A DNA stretch of 58,650 nt. It comes from Anaerolineae bacterium. GTDB lineage: Bacteria; Chloroflexota; Anaerolineae; UBA1429. The notes beneath the pieces are model-generated. The model had not been told where the DNA came from and did not search any database. It worked only from the letters and a program-made list of their open reading frames with translations. The stretch lies in NCBI GenBank assembly GCA_007132185.1, contig SLPC01000188.1, forward strand, positions 1 to 58,650, read 5' to 3'. Each line of letters opens with the position of its first letter. Positions within the stretch are counted from its first letter, which is position 1. The position numbers were made by a program, and so were the translations under genes. Positions 27,966 through 37,200 of the stretch are shown here, one piece after another.

Positions 27966-29243
27966 CTAGGCTTGCTTGTGGCCTTTGAAGAGGGCCTTGC
28001 CCGGCCAGATGGCAGCCGCGCCCAGTTCCTCTTCCAGCGCCATCATGCGTCGCTGGTTGTAGGCGCGCACCTGTCCCGCCCGCAGGCCGATGGCATAGTC
28101 CGCGATGGTGGCCCGGTCCCCACGGCTGCCGCACGGGTGCACGTTATAGCCATGGTTGAGGCAGTACTCGGCCGCATCCAGCGCCTCAGTCACAGTACCC
28201 ACCTGGGTGATCTTGAGGACCATCGAGTTGGCGGCGCCAATCTCGACCCCCATCTTGACCCGCTCGATGTTGGTGGTAAAGAGATCGTCGCCCACGATCT
28301 CGATGCCGGTCGTCTCGGTGATGATAGCGTGGCCCTCCATGTCCTCCTCGTGCAGGGGATCTTCAATAGAGACGATGGGGTAGTTGGCAACGATCTCCTG
28401 GTAAAAGGCCACCATCTCGTCGCGCGATCTCTCGCCCTCCGAGTAGATGCCGACGTATTTGTCAATGTCCTCTTCATAGTAGCAGCCTGCCGCCGCATCG
28501 TAATAGATCCCGATCTTGTCGGCCCCATGGGTGTTCTCGATGGCCTGGGTCATCAGATCAAGGATCTCGCGGTCATCTCTGGTGGCGCCGATCATCCAGA
28601 AGGAGTGATAGCTATTTGCCAGCGAGTGGCGACGAAAGACTCCCATACCATAGCGCTCGATCACCAGACGGGTGAACTCGCGTTGCATGGTGTCAGCCAT
28701 CTCGATGGCCTGCTCAAATCCGCCGGCGCCATGAGGTATGATCTCATAGCTGGGCTTGAGCCAGCGGGTGTTGCCGGGATCGCGGTAGCGGCCCGACAGG
28801 CAGATGCCAAAAATGGGCATGGGAAAGGTAGACGCATTGACGCCGCCGATGTACTGGTAGAGTGGTAGGCCGGCGGCGTTGGCCCCCGCGTCGCAGACCG
28901 CCAGCGACACGCCTACGATGGTGTTGGCGCCCAGTCTGGCTTTGTTGGGCGTGCCGTCCAGACGAATCATGATCTCGTCGATCTCACGCTGCTGGCTGAC
29001 GGGCATGCCGATGAGGTGCGGTGCAATCTCTTCTACGTTCTTTACAGCCTGACGCAATCCCATGCCCCTGAATCGCTCTCCACCGTCGAGCACAAAGGCG
29101 GCTTCATAGATGCCGGTCGAGACGCCGGCCTCGGGGGTAGAGCGCCCCCTGGCGCCGGTGTCCGTCGTTACAATAACCTCGAGGGCTGGCCAGCGTGCCC
29201 CCATAATCTCTTTGGCCTGAATGCTGGTGATCTTGGTAGTCAT
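27966..29243 (-). CDS. Enolase homolog with a remodelled active site
   Basis: GVSTGIYEA, LDGTPNKARLGAN, PIVSIEDP, IVGDDLFTTN, LKITQVGTVTE, IADYAIG. The GDEGG, SHRSGE and KTG motifs are absent. ATG at 29243 after GGAGGAGAGG. Confidence 0.85.
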   Translation of the reverse strand: MTTKITSIQAKEIMGARWPALEVIVTTDTGARGRSTPEAGVSTGIYEAAFVLDGGERFRGMGLRQAVKNVEEIAPHLIGMPVSQQREIDEIMIRLDGTPNKARLGANTIVGVSLAVCDAGANAAGLPLYQYIGGVNASTFPMPIFGICLSGRYRDPGNTRWLKPSYEIIPHGAGGFEQAIEMADTMQREFTRLVIERYGMGVFRRHSLANSYHSFWMIGATRDDREILDLMTQAIENTHGADKIGIYYDAAAGCYYEEDIDKYVGIYSEGERSRDEMVAFYQEIVANYPIVSIEDPLHEEDMEGHAIITETTGIEIVGDDLFTTNIERVKMGVEIGAANSMVLKITQVGTVTEALDAAEYCLNHGYNVHPCGSRGDRATIADYAIGLRAGQVRAYNQRRMMALEEELGAAAIWPGKALFKGHKQA

Positions 29244-29322
29244 GGGTTCCTCTCCTCCAACCGGTATGCGGATTCGCTCCAGGCTGACAGCGTTGTCACC
29301 ATCGGCATCTGCGCCGCGGGCG

Positions 29323-29331
29323 ATTATACCA
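29323..29331 (-). promoter_or_regulatory. Extended -10 promoter for the enolase-like operon
   Basis: Minus strand reads TGGTATAAT about 80 nt upstream of the start. Confidence 0.55.
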
Positions 29332-29496
29332 TGTTTCACGCAGAGAGCCAGATCAGGTCTCGCCAGCAGTCCAAGATACGAAGGGCACGCTCCAGACTGG
29401 GGTCCGCATACTCGGCCCATACGAGAGCGATACGCTTCTAAATCGAGGGTCTACGGTATACTATGTTAAATTCCACCCCCATAAAGCAGCCGAATA

Positions 29497-29505
29497 TGCT
29501 ATAAT
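29497..29505 (+). promoter_or_regulatory. Extended -10 promoter for the CMK-like/Cgs block
   Basis: TGCTATAAT, a perfect extended -10. Confidence 0.6.
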
Positions 29506-29666
29506 GAGCACAGAAGGCAGAGCAGCCGGCTATCGCGCTGGCTCTTGAGCCGTGATCTGAGCCGGCAGTGCTGCCCCGATCAGCGCGAGTCGTGTCAAAC
29601 GGATGGTCATCCCCTAGTGGCGCCATCCCTTGGTCGACCGGGCATACGTTTACGAGGAGGACGATC

Positions 29667-30347
29667 ATGACAGTCATCACAATGTCACGTCAACTCGGCT
29701 CCGGCAGTGAGGAACTGGCACAGCGGCTCTGTCAGGAACATGGGCTCGTCACGTTCAGCAAGCAGATGATGGCCCGCGTGGCCAGTGAGGTGGGGATTTC
29801 GTCCAGTGAGATCGTCGACTATTCGGAGGAAGAGTATCAGCGACGTGGGTTCTTTGAGGCGCTGTTCCGTCGATCCCGTCCGGTGGCCGAGTTCTCTACA
29901 TGGATTGGTAGCCCCGTGGTAGGCTATGAGCGGCGTACGCGCCTTCTTGACGAGGCTGGCGCGATCGACCTGATTCGGGCCACGGTACGAAAGGCCCACG
30001 AGCATGGTCAAGCACTCATTATTGGCCGTGGGGGGCAGGTCATCCTTGAAGACGAGCCCGACGTTCTGCACATACGTGTCGTAGCTCCGTTTGAGGCGCG
30101 CGTAAAGAGATTGCAGGATAGTCAAAACATGACACCGGCGCAGGCTCGTCGCTACCTGCAGGAGATGGACAGTAACTCGGCCGAGTACTTGCGCAGCTTT
30201 TTCCATGTTGACCCTGATGACGCCACGCTCTATCATCTGACCATGAACACGGAACGGTTGGGTCTAGAGGGGGCGCTGGGGTTGACGAACAAGGCGCTAG
30301 AAGTGATGCCTGAGAGGCACCATACGCTCTCGAAGGGTCGCTCCTAG
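29667..30347 (+). CDS. Cytidylate kinase-like family protein (paralog 1)
   Basis: VITMSRQLGSG, IIGRGGQVIL, LHIRVVAP, DPDDATLYHLTMNT. ATG at 29667 after GAGGAGG. Confidence 0.85.
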   Translation: MTVITMSRQLGSGSEELAQRLCQEHGLVTFSKQMMARVASEVGISSSEIVDYSEEEYQRRGFFEALFRRSRPVAEFSTWIGSPVVGYERRTRLLDEAGAIDLIRATVRKAHEHGQALIIGRGGQVILEDEPDVLHIRVVAPFEARVKRLQDSQNMTPAQARRYLQEMDSNSAEYLRSFFHVDPDDATLYHLTMNTERLGLEGALGLTNKALEVMPERHHTLSKGRS

Positions 30348-30535
30348 TCGACCGATGCGCTGACGGTTCAGGGACTGGCCCCTATTCACGCTCACAAGCG
30401 TGTCTGATGGTGGCCGATGGACGGCCATTCCTCGGAGTATGCTTATGTGCGCTTGTTGATTCGTGGTTGCAGAGGGTATGGCTTCTGATCGGATGTGCCT
30501 TGGCCAGCTGCTGACCAGCAGCAACGAGGAGACCC

Positions 30536-31213
30536 ATGGCACTCATTACCATATCGCGGCAGATCGGATCTGGCAGCCAGGAACTGTCACAGCTCCTGTG
30601 CTCCGAGCTCGATCTGGCCCCGCTTGATAAATATACGATGTTACGTGTTGCATATGAGGCAGGCATATCACCACAAGAGTTCGTTGATTATTCTGAGGAC
30701 GAATACGAGCGACGAGGATTTCTCGACGAGCTATTCAGACGGTCGCGCCCGTTGGCCGAGACCGATATGTGGATCGGGAGCCCGGATATCGGATACGAAC
30801 GACGCTCCCGCATTCTGGACGAGCATGATGCCATCGATATGGTGCGTGCCACGATCATGGCTGCCTACGAGCGAGATCAGGTTCTGATCATCGGCCGAGG
30901 TGGCCAGGCGATTCTCGAGCACGAGCCTGATGTATTGCACGTACGCGTAATCGCTCCGATGGAGGAACGATTGGCGCACATTGAGGCTCAGCACGAGATG
31001 GAGCGCACGCAGGCACTTGGCTATCTGCAGGACTCGGATGCCAACACCGCCGAGTATCTGCAAAAGTTCTATCATATCGATCCAGATGATCCCACGATGT
31101 ATCATCTGATCGTCAATACCGACAAGCTGAGCATCAAAGGGGCGGCTGTACTGATAGAGCAGGCTTTTAGGAGGCTGCCGCCGCGCTCTAGCAAGGCTGA
31201 TGACCAAGAGTGA
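30536..31213 (+). CDS. Cytidylate kinase-like family protein (paralog 2)
   Basis: LITISRQIGSG, IIGRGGQAIL, LHVRVIAP, DPDDPTMYHLIVNT; colinear with paralog 1. Confidence 0.85.
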   Translation: MALITISRQIGSGSQELSQLLCSELDLAPLDKYTMLRVAYEAGISPQEFVDYSEDEYERRGFLDELFRRSRPLAETDMWIGSPDIGYERRSRILDEHDAIDMVRATIMAAYERDQVLIIGRGGQAILEHEPDVLHVRVIAPMEERLAHIEAQHEMERTQALGYLQDSDANTAEYLQKFYHIDPDDPTMYHLIVNTDKLSIKGAAVLIEQAFRRLPPRSSKADDQE

Positions 31214-31321
31214 AAGAGTCCTGCGTCCTTGCTGCCGACTCATGCCGGCGAGGTTGCAGGATTTCGCCTAGGGGGCCTATCGGAGATAGGTCTTTGATAG
31301 ATAAGAGAAAGGAATACGTCA

Positions 31322-32500
31322 GTGGGCAAAGGCATACGCATAGGAAGCCTCTTTGGTATCAACATCCATATTGACTGGACTTGGATCTTTATCTTTGCAC
31401 TGATCACCTGGAGCCTCTCTGTGGCCCTTGGGCAATTTCGTCCTGATCTAGATACAGGCACAGCATGGGGTCTCGCGGCCTTTGCGGCCCTCCTGTTCTT
31501 TGCCTCGGTTCTTGCCCATGAGATGGCCCACTCCCTCGTCGCTCGCTCGCAGGGACTTCCCGTGCGGAATATCACCCTCTTTATCTTTGGGGGGGTATCC
31601 AGTATCGAGCGAGAGCCAGAGTCACCGCGCAACGAGTTTCTCATGGCGATCGTGGGGCCGCTGACCAGCCTCGTGATCGGGGTGATACTGCTGTTTGCCG
31701 TGGGCGCCAGGCTGCCGGACGCACCCGATCTGCTGCAGCGGCCGCAGCAGCTCTTTGAGGTAATTGGATTGGCCAGTATGCTGGGCCTCTGGCTTGGCTC
31801 TGTAAACATGCTGCTAGGATTCTTTAACCTGATCCCTGCGTTTCCTCTGGATGGTGGGCGGGTCCTGCGATCGATCTTCTGGGCCATTACCAACAACCTT
31901 CAGCGAGCGACGGGCTGGGCATCAGCTATCGGCCAGGGCATCGCCTGGGTCTTTATCATCACCGGCATCGCCATGGCGTTTGGGTTTCGTGTTCCCCTGT
32001 TCGGCACGGGCGTCGTGAATGGTCTCTGGCTGGCGTTTATCGGATGGTTTCTCAATAGCGCTGCCTCGCGCAGCTACCGTCAGGTGGTAGTCCAGGACAT
32101 ACTGGCTGATGTGCCCGTGACAGAGATCATGCGTCGCAATCCACCAGTCGTGCCACCTGACATCTCTGTCAGTGCCCTTGTTCATGAGCACGTCATGGGC
32201 TCTGATGACTATGGCTTTCCCGTGATGGATCGCGATAGCCTTGTGGGCCTGGTGACGATGCAGGATGTGCGCGGCATATCGAGAGAGCGCTGGGAGAATG
32301 TCGATGTAAGGGAGATCATGACGCCTCGTGACGAGCTGCTAACAGTGGGTGCAGAGGGAGATGCGGCCCAGGCCTTCAACACCCTGATGCAGCGAGACGT
32401 GCGGCAGCTGCCAGTGCTGGAGGATGGACAGTTGGTCGGATTACTGAGACGCAATGATCTGGTTCGTTGGCTCCAGCTACACTCCGAGTCCGAGGGCTAG
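31322..32500 (+). CDS. Site-2 protease (M50) with a C-terminal CBS pair
   Basis: HEMAH, FIFGGVS, GPLTS, FNLIPAFPLDGGRVLR, and two CBS domains (FPVMD..LVGLVT; LPVLE..LVGLL). Confidence 0.93.
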   Translation: MGKGIRIGSLFGINIHIDWTWIFIFALITWSLSVALGQFRPDLDTGTAWGLAAFAALLFFASVLAHEMAHSLVARSQGLPVRNITLFIFGGVSSIEREPESPRNEFLMAIVGPLTSLVIGVILLFAVGARLPDAPDLLQRPQQLFEVIGLASMLGLWLGSVNMLLGFFNLIPAFPLDGGRVLRSIFWAITNNLQRATGWASAIGQGIAWVFIITGIAMAFGFRVPLFGTGVVNGLWLAFIGWFLNSAASRSYRQVVVQDILADVPVTEIMRRNPPVVPPDISVSALVHEHVMGSDDYGFPVMDRDSLVGLVTMQDVRGISRERWENVDVREIMTPRDELLTVGAEGDAAQAFNTLMQRDVRQLPVLEDGQLVGLLRRNDLVRWLQLHSESEG

Positions 32501-32526
32501 CTGGGCCAAACAAAAAGGGGGCGCAT

Positions 32527-33201
32527 ATGATGTTTCAAGACCGTACAGACGCGGGCGCCAAGCTCGCGGAGAGACTTGACGACTATGCTGATCGCGACGA
32601 TATTATTGTATGGGGGCTACCCCGAGGCGGAGTCTTGGTGGCCCTTGAGGTGGCGCGTGCGCTGGACGCCCCGTTGGACGTTTCTGTCGTGCGCAAGCTG
32701 GGTGTCCCCGATCAGCCCGAGTTGGCCATGGGCGCTGTGGCTGCGGGGGGCGTGCGCGTCCTCAACGACGAGATTTTGGCCATGCTGAATATCAGCGATC
32801 AAGCCATCGATGACGTGACTCGTCGAGAGATGGAGACGCTGGAGCGCCAGCAACTCGATTTCAGTGGCGAAACCGAGCCCGCCGATCCCAAAGGCAAAAC
32901 GGTGATTCTTGTGGACGACGGTTTGGCTACAGGCGCCACGATGCGTGCCGTCGTAGAGGCAGCACGCCGCCGCAATCCCGCGCGCATCGTCGTGGCGGTG
33001 CCGGTCGCACCACCCGATGTCCGGCAAGATTTTGAGGCACTCGTAGATGAGGTGGTCTGTGTTTCCACGCCCGAGCCCTTTTCTGGCGTGGGTGCCTGGT
33101 ATCGTGATTTCCGACAGACCACCAACAGGCAGGTTCAGGACGCGCTGGAGGAGGCGCGTAGCTGGCACGAGCACGACTTCTCAGGGTCCGATGATGCGTA
33201 G
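32527..33201 (+). CDS. Phosphoribosyltransferase-like protein (Rv2143/Rv0571c type)
   Basis: FQDRTDAG, GLPRGG, RKLGVP..PELAMGA, PRPP loop VILVDDGLATGAT, VGAWYRDF. Confidence 0.9.
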   Translation: MMFQDRTDAGAKLAERLDDYADRDDIIVWGLPRGGVLVALEVARALDAPLDVSVVRKLGVPDQPELAMGAVAAGGVRVLNDEILAMLNISDQAIDDVTRREMETLERQQLDFSGETEPADPKGKTVILVDDGLATGATMRAVVEAARRRNPARIVVAVPVAPPDVRQDFEALVDEVVCVSTPEPFSGVGAWYRDFRQTTNRQVQDALEEARSWHEHDFSGSDDA

Positions 33202-33343
33202 ATAGGCTCTGATTAGGTATAGTTATCATCTAGCCGTGGCAATGAAGGACATTGCGAGATGGATATGTTGCTGGCGGCTGTTTGAGGAGAGCCCGGTACC
33301 CTCTCGAGCGGGCATTGGCTTCTCTCTATAAGGAGGTACGTTC

Positions 33344-34294
33344 GTGATTAGCAATATTCTGGCACCTCTGGATGGCTCATCTCTTGCCGAGAGTGTCCTT
33401 CCCCATCTGGTCGCATGCGCCAGTGCCTTTGGTGCCGATGTAACCGTCCTGCGGGTCTTGGATGAGATGACCGCCGAAGGGGCCGTACCAATCAGTCCCG
33501 TCAATTGGCATCTTGTTCGGGCCAAGGGAGAGCGCTATCTGAGGGATGTTTCAGAGCGACTGACCGATGCCGGTTGCAATGTCAATACGGTTCTGCTCGA
33601 GGGCAAGGCGGCTGAAGAGATCTTGTCCTATGCCGATCGCAACGATGTTGATATGACCATTCTCAGCAGCCATGGCCGTAGCGGCCTGTACCGGTGGAAT
33701 GCAAGCGGCGTTGCACAAAAGGTGATCTATGAGTCCAAGAACTCGGTTATGCTCGTCCGCGCCTATCAGGCCGGCCAGAGGACTCTGGAAGACTATCGCT
33801 ATGACAAGATCCTGGTGCCGCTGGATTGTTCGCGACGTGCCGAATGTGTGCTTCCCCATGTGGGCATGTTGGCGAGCGATGGAGACGCAGAAATCGCACT
33901 CGCGCATGTGGTTGTGCCGCCCCAACTCCCGCGGCGAGCCCCTCTCTCGGAAGAAGAGCGCGCCCTGGTTGATCAGGTAGTAGAACTTAATGTCAGGACC
34001 GCCAGGGAGTATATGGAAGAAACGCGCGACAGTCTGGGGGACAACGCCTATATCCGCATGGTAACGGATAGCAACGCAGCGGGGGCTCTGCATGATCTCG
34101 TTGATGAAGAGGAACCCGATCTGGTTGTCGTATGCGCGCATGGTTATACGGGCACGGTGCGGTGGCCTTTTGCCAGCTTGGCGCTTAACCTGATTGTCTA
34201 TGGCAATAGGTCGCTTTTTGTCGTGCAGGATGTTACTGACGTAGAATGGACGAGTTCATGGCGTGAAGCCGCCAGGGAGACCAAGGGACACTAG
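33344..34294 (+). CDS. Tandem-domain universal stress protein
   Basis: ILAPLDGS..AE, SSHGRSG, and a second domain KILVPLDCS..AE, CAHGYTG. GTG start after AAGGAGG. Confidence 0.92.
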   Translation: MISNILAPLDGSSLAESVLPHLVACASAFGADVTVLRVLDEMTAEGAVPISPVNWHLVRAKGERYLRDVSERLTDAGCNVNTVLLEGKAAEEILSYADRNDVDMTILSSHGRSGLYRWNASGVAQKVIYESKNSVMLVRAYQAGQRTLEDYRYDKILVPLDCSRRAECVLPHVGMLASDGDAEIALAHVVVPPQLPRRAPLSEEERALVDQVVELNVRTAREYMEETRDSLGDNAYIRMVTDSNAAGALHDLVDEEEPDLVVVCAHGYTGTVRWPFASLALNLIVYGNRSLFVVQDVTDVEWTSSWREAARETKGH

Positions 34295-34297
34295 CTA

Positions 34298-37200
34298 ATG
34301 GAGAGTACAACGATCGAACGCGTCGGCCAGTTGGAGGCCGACGAGGCTCTGGATAGTCTGCGCGTCAGGGCTTTGGAACTCGCAGCCTCTCATACTATTG
34401 CCACAGAAAGAGTGCGTGGCCCCTCGCCGGTTGACCGTCTCGAGAGCCTGATGAGTCTACTCCGCCAGGCATACAAGTATTTTGTGCAGATCGCCGAAGA
34501 GGATGGTGTCATCACCACAGCGGCCGAATGGCTGTTGGACAACCTGTATGTGATCGAGCAGGCCGGGCGTATTGTGAGCAAGGACATGCCCCCTGGCTAT
34601 TATCGGCGCTTGCCCAAGCTGGCTGATTCTGGGCTCGAGGGAGTGCCGCGCATCTATGACATAGCACGTGACGTGATTCGCCTTTCCGACGGCCAGGTGG
34701 ACCTGCACAGGCTCACACGATTTACCCATGCCTACCAAGAGCTTCATCCCCTCACTCTGGGCGAACTGTGGGCTCTGCCGCTCATGCTCCGAGTCGTCGA
34801 GATCGAATTGCTGGCCAGTGCCATCAGAGACTCGTTGGCAGATCGACTGGATGAGGATCTTGCGCCGATTGATGCCGTAGAGATTCGTGGAGCCCCCTCT
34901 ACAGATGTCCTCGTCGGCCGCGCAGTCCGTGGGTTGCGCACCCTGGGCACCCATGACTGGGAGACCTTTGTCGATGAGGTAAGCCTTGTCGAGAACATCC
35001 TCCATCAGGATCCTGTGGGCGCTTATCGGCTGATGGAAGAAGACGATCGCAATCGCTATCGTCAGAGCATCGAGGATCTGGCCTGGCGCTCACTCGAGTC
35101 AGAGGTTTCGATTGCCGGGCGCGTTATTGACCTGGCAGAGACTGCGCAAGAGGAACAGCGCCCTGAGCGCGAATGTCATGTGGGGTACTATTTGGTTGAC
35201 CGGGGCCTTGATACTACAAGAGCCCAAATAGGCTACCGTGCTACCACGCAGGAGAAACTGCGAGACTGGATCCTTGACCATGCCGCGGGTGTGTACCTGT
35301 CTGCGATTGGTCTTCTCACAGTGCTCGTTATGGCTGGCTTTGTGTGGTACGGCGCTGCCAATGGAGCGCTGACGATCCAACTCATCGCGATCGTGATATT
35401 CGCGCTGGTCCCCGCCAGCATTGCAGCCGTTAGCCTGGTGAACATTGTGGTGACGCATGTCATACCTCCCCGTGTACCCCCCAAGCTGGCTCTGCGCGAA
35501 GGGATCGCGCCCGGCATGCGCACTCTCGTTGTGATACCCTGCCTATTGACCGATCCGGATGAGGTCGATTCGCTGGTCGCTCAGTTGGAGCGCCATTATC
35601 TGAGCAATCTGGATCCCGAGCTCGGGTTTGCTCTGTTGAGCGATCTGCGAGATGCGGCCCAGAAGCATCTTGCCGGTGATGATGCCCTTGTGGATCGCGC
35701 TGTCGAAGGGATCAGGGGCCTGAATCGCAAGTATGCAGAGAACCGGCCTTTTTATCTGTTCCATAGAGAGCGCGAGTGGAATCCATCCGAGGGCGTCTGG
35801 ATGGGTTGGGAGCGCAAGCGTGGCAAGCTAGAGCAACTGAATGCCTGGATCCTGGGCTACATCAATAACCCGTTTTCGGTGTGTCTGGGCGATGTCAACT
35901 TTGCGCAGCAGACACGCTATGTCATCACGCTGGATGCCGACACGATTCTGCCACCTGGAGGCGCTGCGCGTCTCGTGGGTGCCATGGCGCACCCTCTCAA
36001 CCGCGCCGTCTTTGACCCGGATACAGGCCGTGTCGAGGCCGGTTACACAATCCTGCAGCCGCGCACCGACCTCCAGTTTTCGAGCGCTCTGGCCTCACGC
36101 TTTGCGCGCATCTATGGGGGAGATGTGGGACTGGACCTATACACGCGCGCCGTATCCGACGTCTATCAGGATCTCTTTGGTGAAGCGATCTATGTAGGCA
36201 AGGGTATCTATGCTGTAGAAGGCTTCCACCGCAGTCTCGACGGACGCGTGCCCGAGAACTCTCTCTTGAGCCATGACCTATTCGAGAGCCTTCACGGTCG
36301 TGCTGGCCTGGTCTCTGATATCGTTGTGTACGAGGATTACCCACCCACCTATCTGGCCTACACACAACGACTGCATCGCTGGGTGCGGGGTGACTGGCAG
36401 CTTTTGCCCTGGCTTGGCGGACGCGTGCCCACAGCCAGCGGCGAGAGGGTGCCCACCCGTCTGTCACTGCTCGATCGCTGGAAGATTCTGGACAACTTGA
36501 GACGCAGTACCCAGCAGCTTGCTTTATTGATCTTTTTGGCTGCGGGCTGGTTGATTCTGCCCGGTTCCCCTATCGCGTGGACAGTCTGGACACTGGTCAT
36601 TTCGGCCTTGCCGCTTTTGGCAGGTGTGCTAACCAGCCTCATGTCGCGCATCCGCGCGCCCGAGATCACAGCATCCACCGAGATCCTACGCACTGAGGCG
36701 GCGCGGTGGTTGCTGTCGCTGGTATTTCTACCTTATGAAGCGCTGATCCTGGCGGATGCGGCTATTACGACGATCAACCGGGTCTACATCTCCAAGCGCA
36801 AGCTTTTGCAATGGACCACAGCGGCTCATACAGCTCGCTTGCTGGGCCGAGAACGACACATGTCACTTGTCTGGGAGAGGATGAGCGGCGGCACGATCTT
36901 GGGGCTCGCCCTGTTCGCATTGACGCTGGCGCTCAATCCAGCCGCCTTGGTCGTCGCGATTCCCCTGACTCTGGCCTGGATCGTGGCGCCTCAAGTGGCA
37001 GCATGGATTAGCCGGCCGCCAACGAGAGAAGAAGAGGAGACCTTGACGCGCGAAGAGGCTGCGCTGCTACGGAGATTGGCGCGCCGTCACTGGCGCTTTT
37101 TCGAGGACTTTATCGGTCCTGAAGACCATTGGTTGCCCCCTGACCACTTCCAAGAGGAGCCGTTGGGGCAGGTGGCGCACCGGACCTCGCCCACCAACAT

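Noticed and set aside
30382-30402. CACGCT-caca-AGCGTG palindrome as a Rex/LacI-type operator
   Set aside because: Only a partial match, and I found no second copy upstream of neighbouring genes.
34289-34300. The USP stop TAG is in frame with the cgs ATG (CAC TAG CTA ATG), suggesting amber read-through or pyrrolysine fusion
   Set aside because: cgs has its own SD-like AAGGGA at suitable spacing, there are no pyl genes in the window, and in-frame spacing occurs by chance one time in three.
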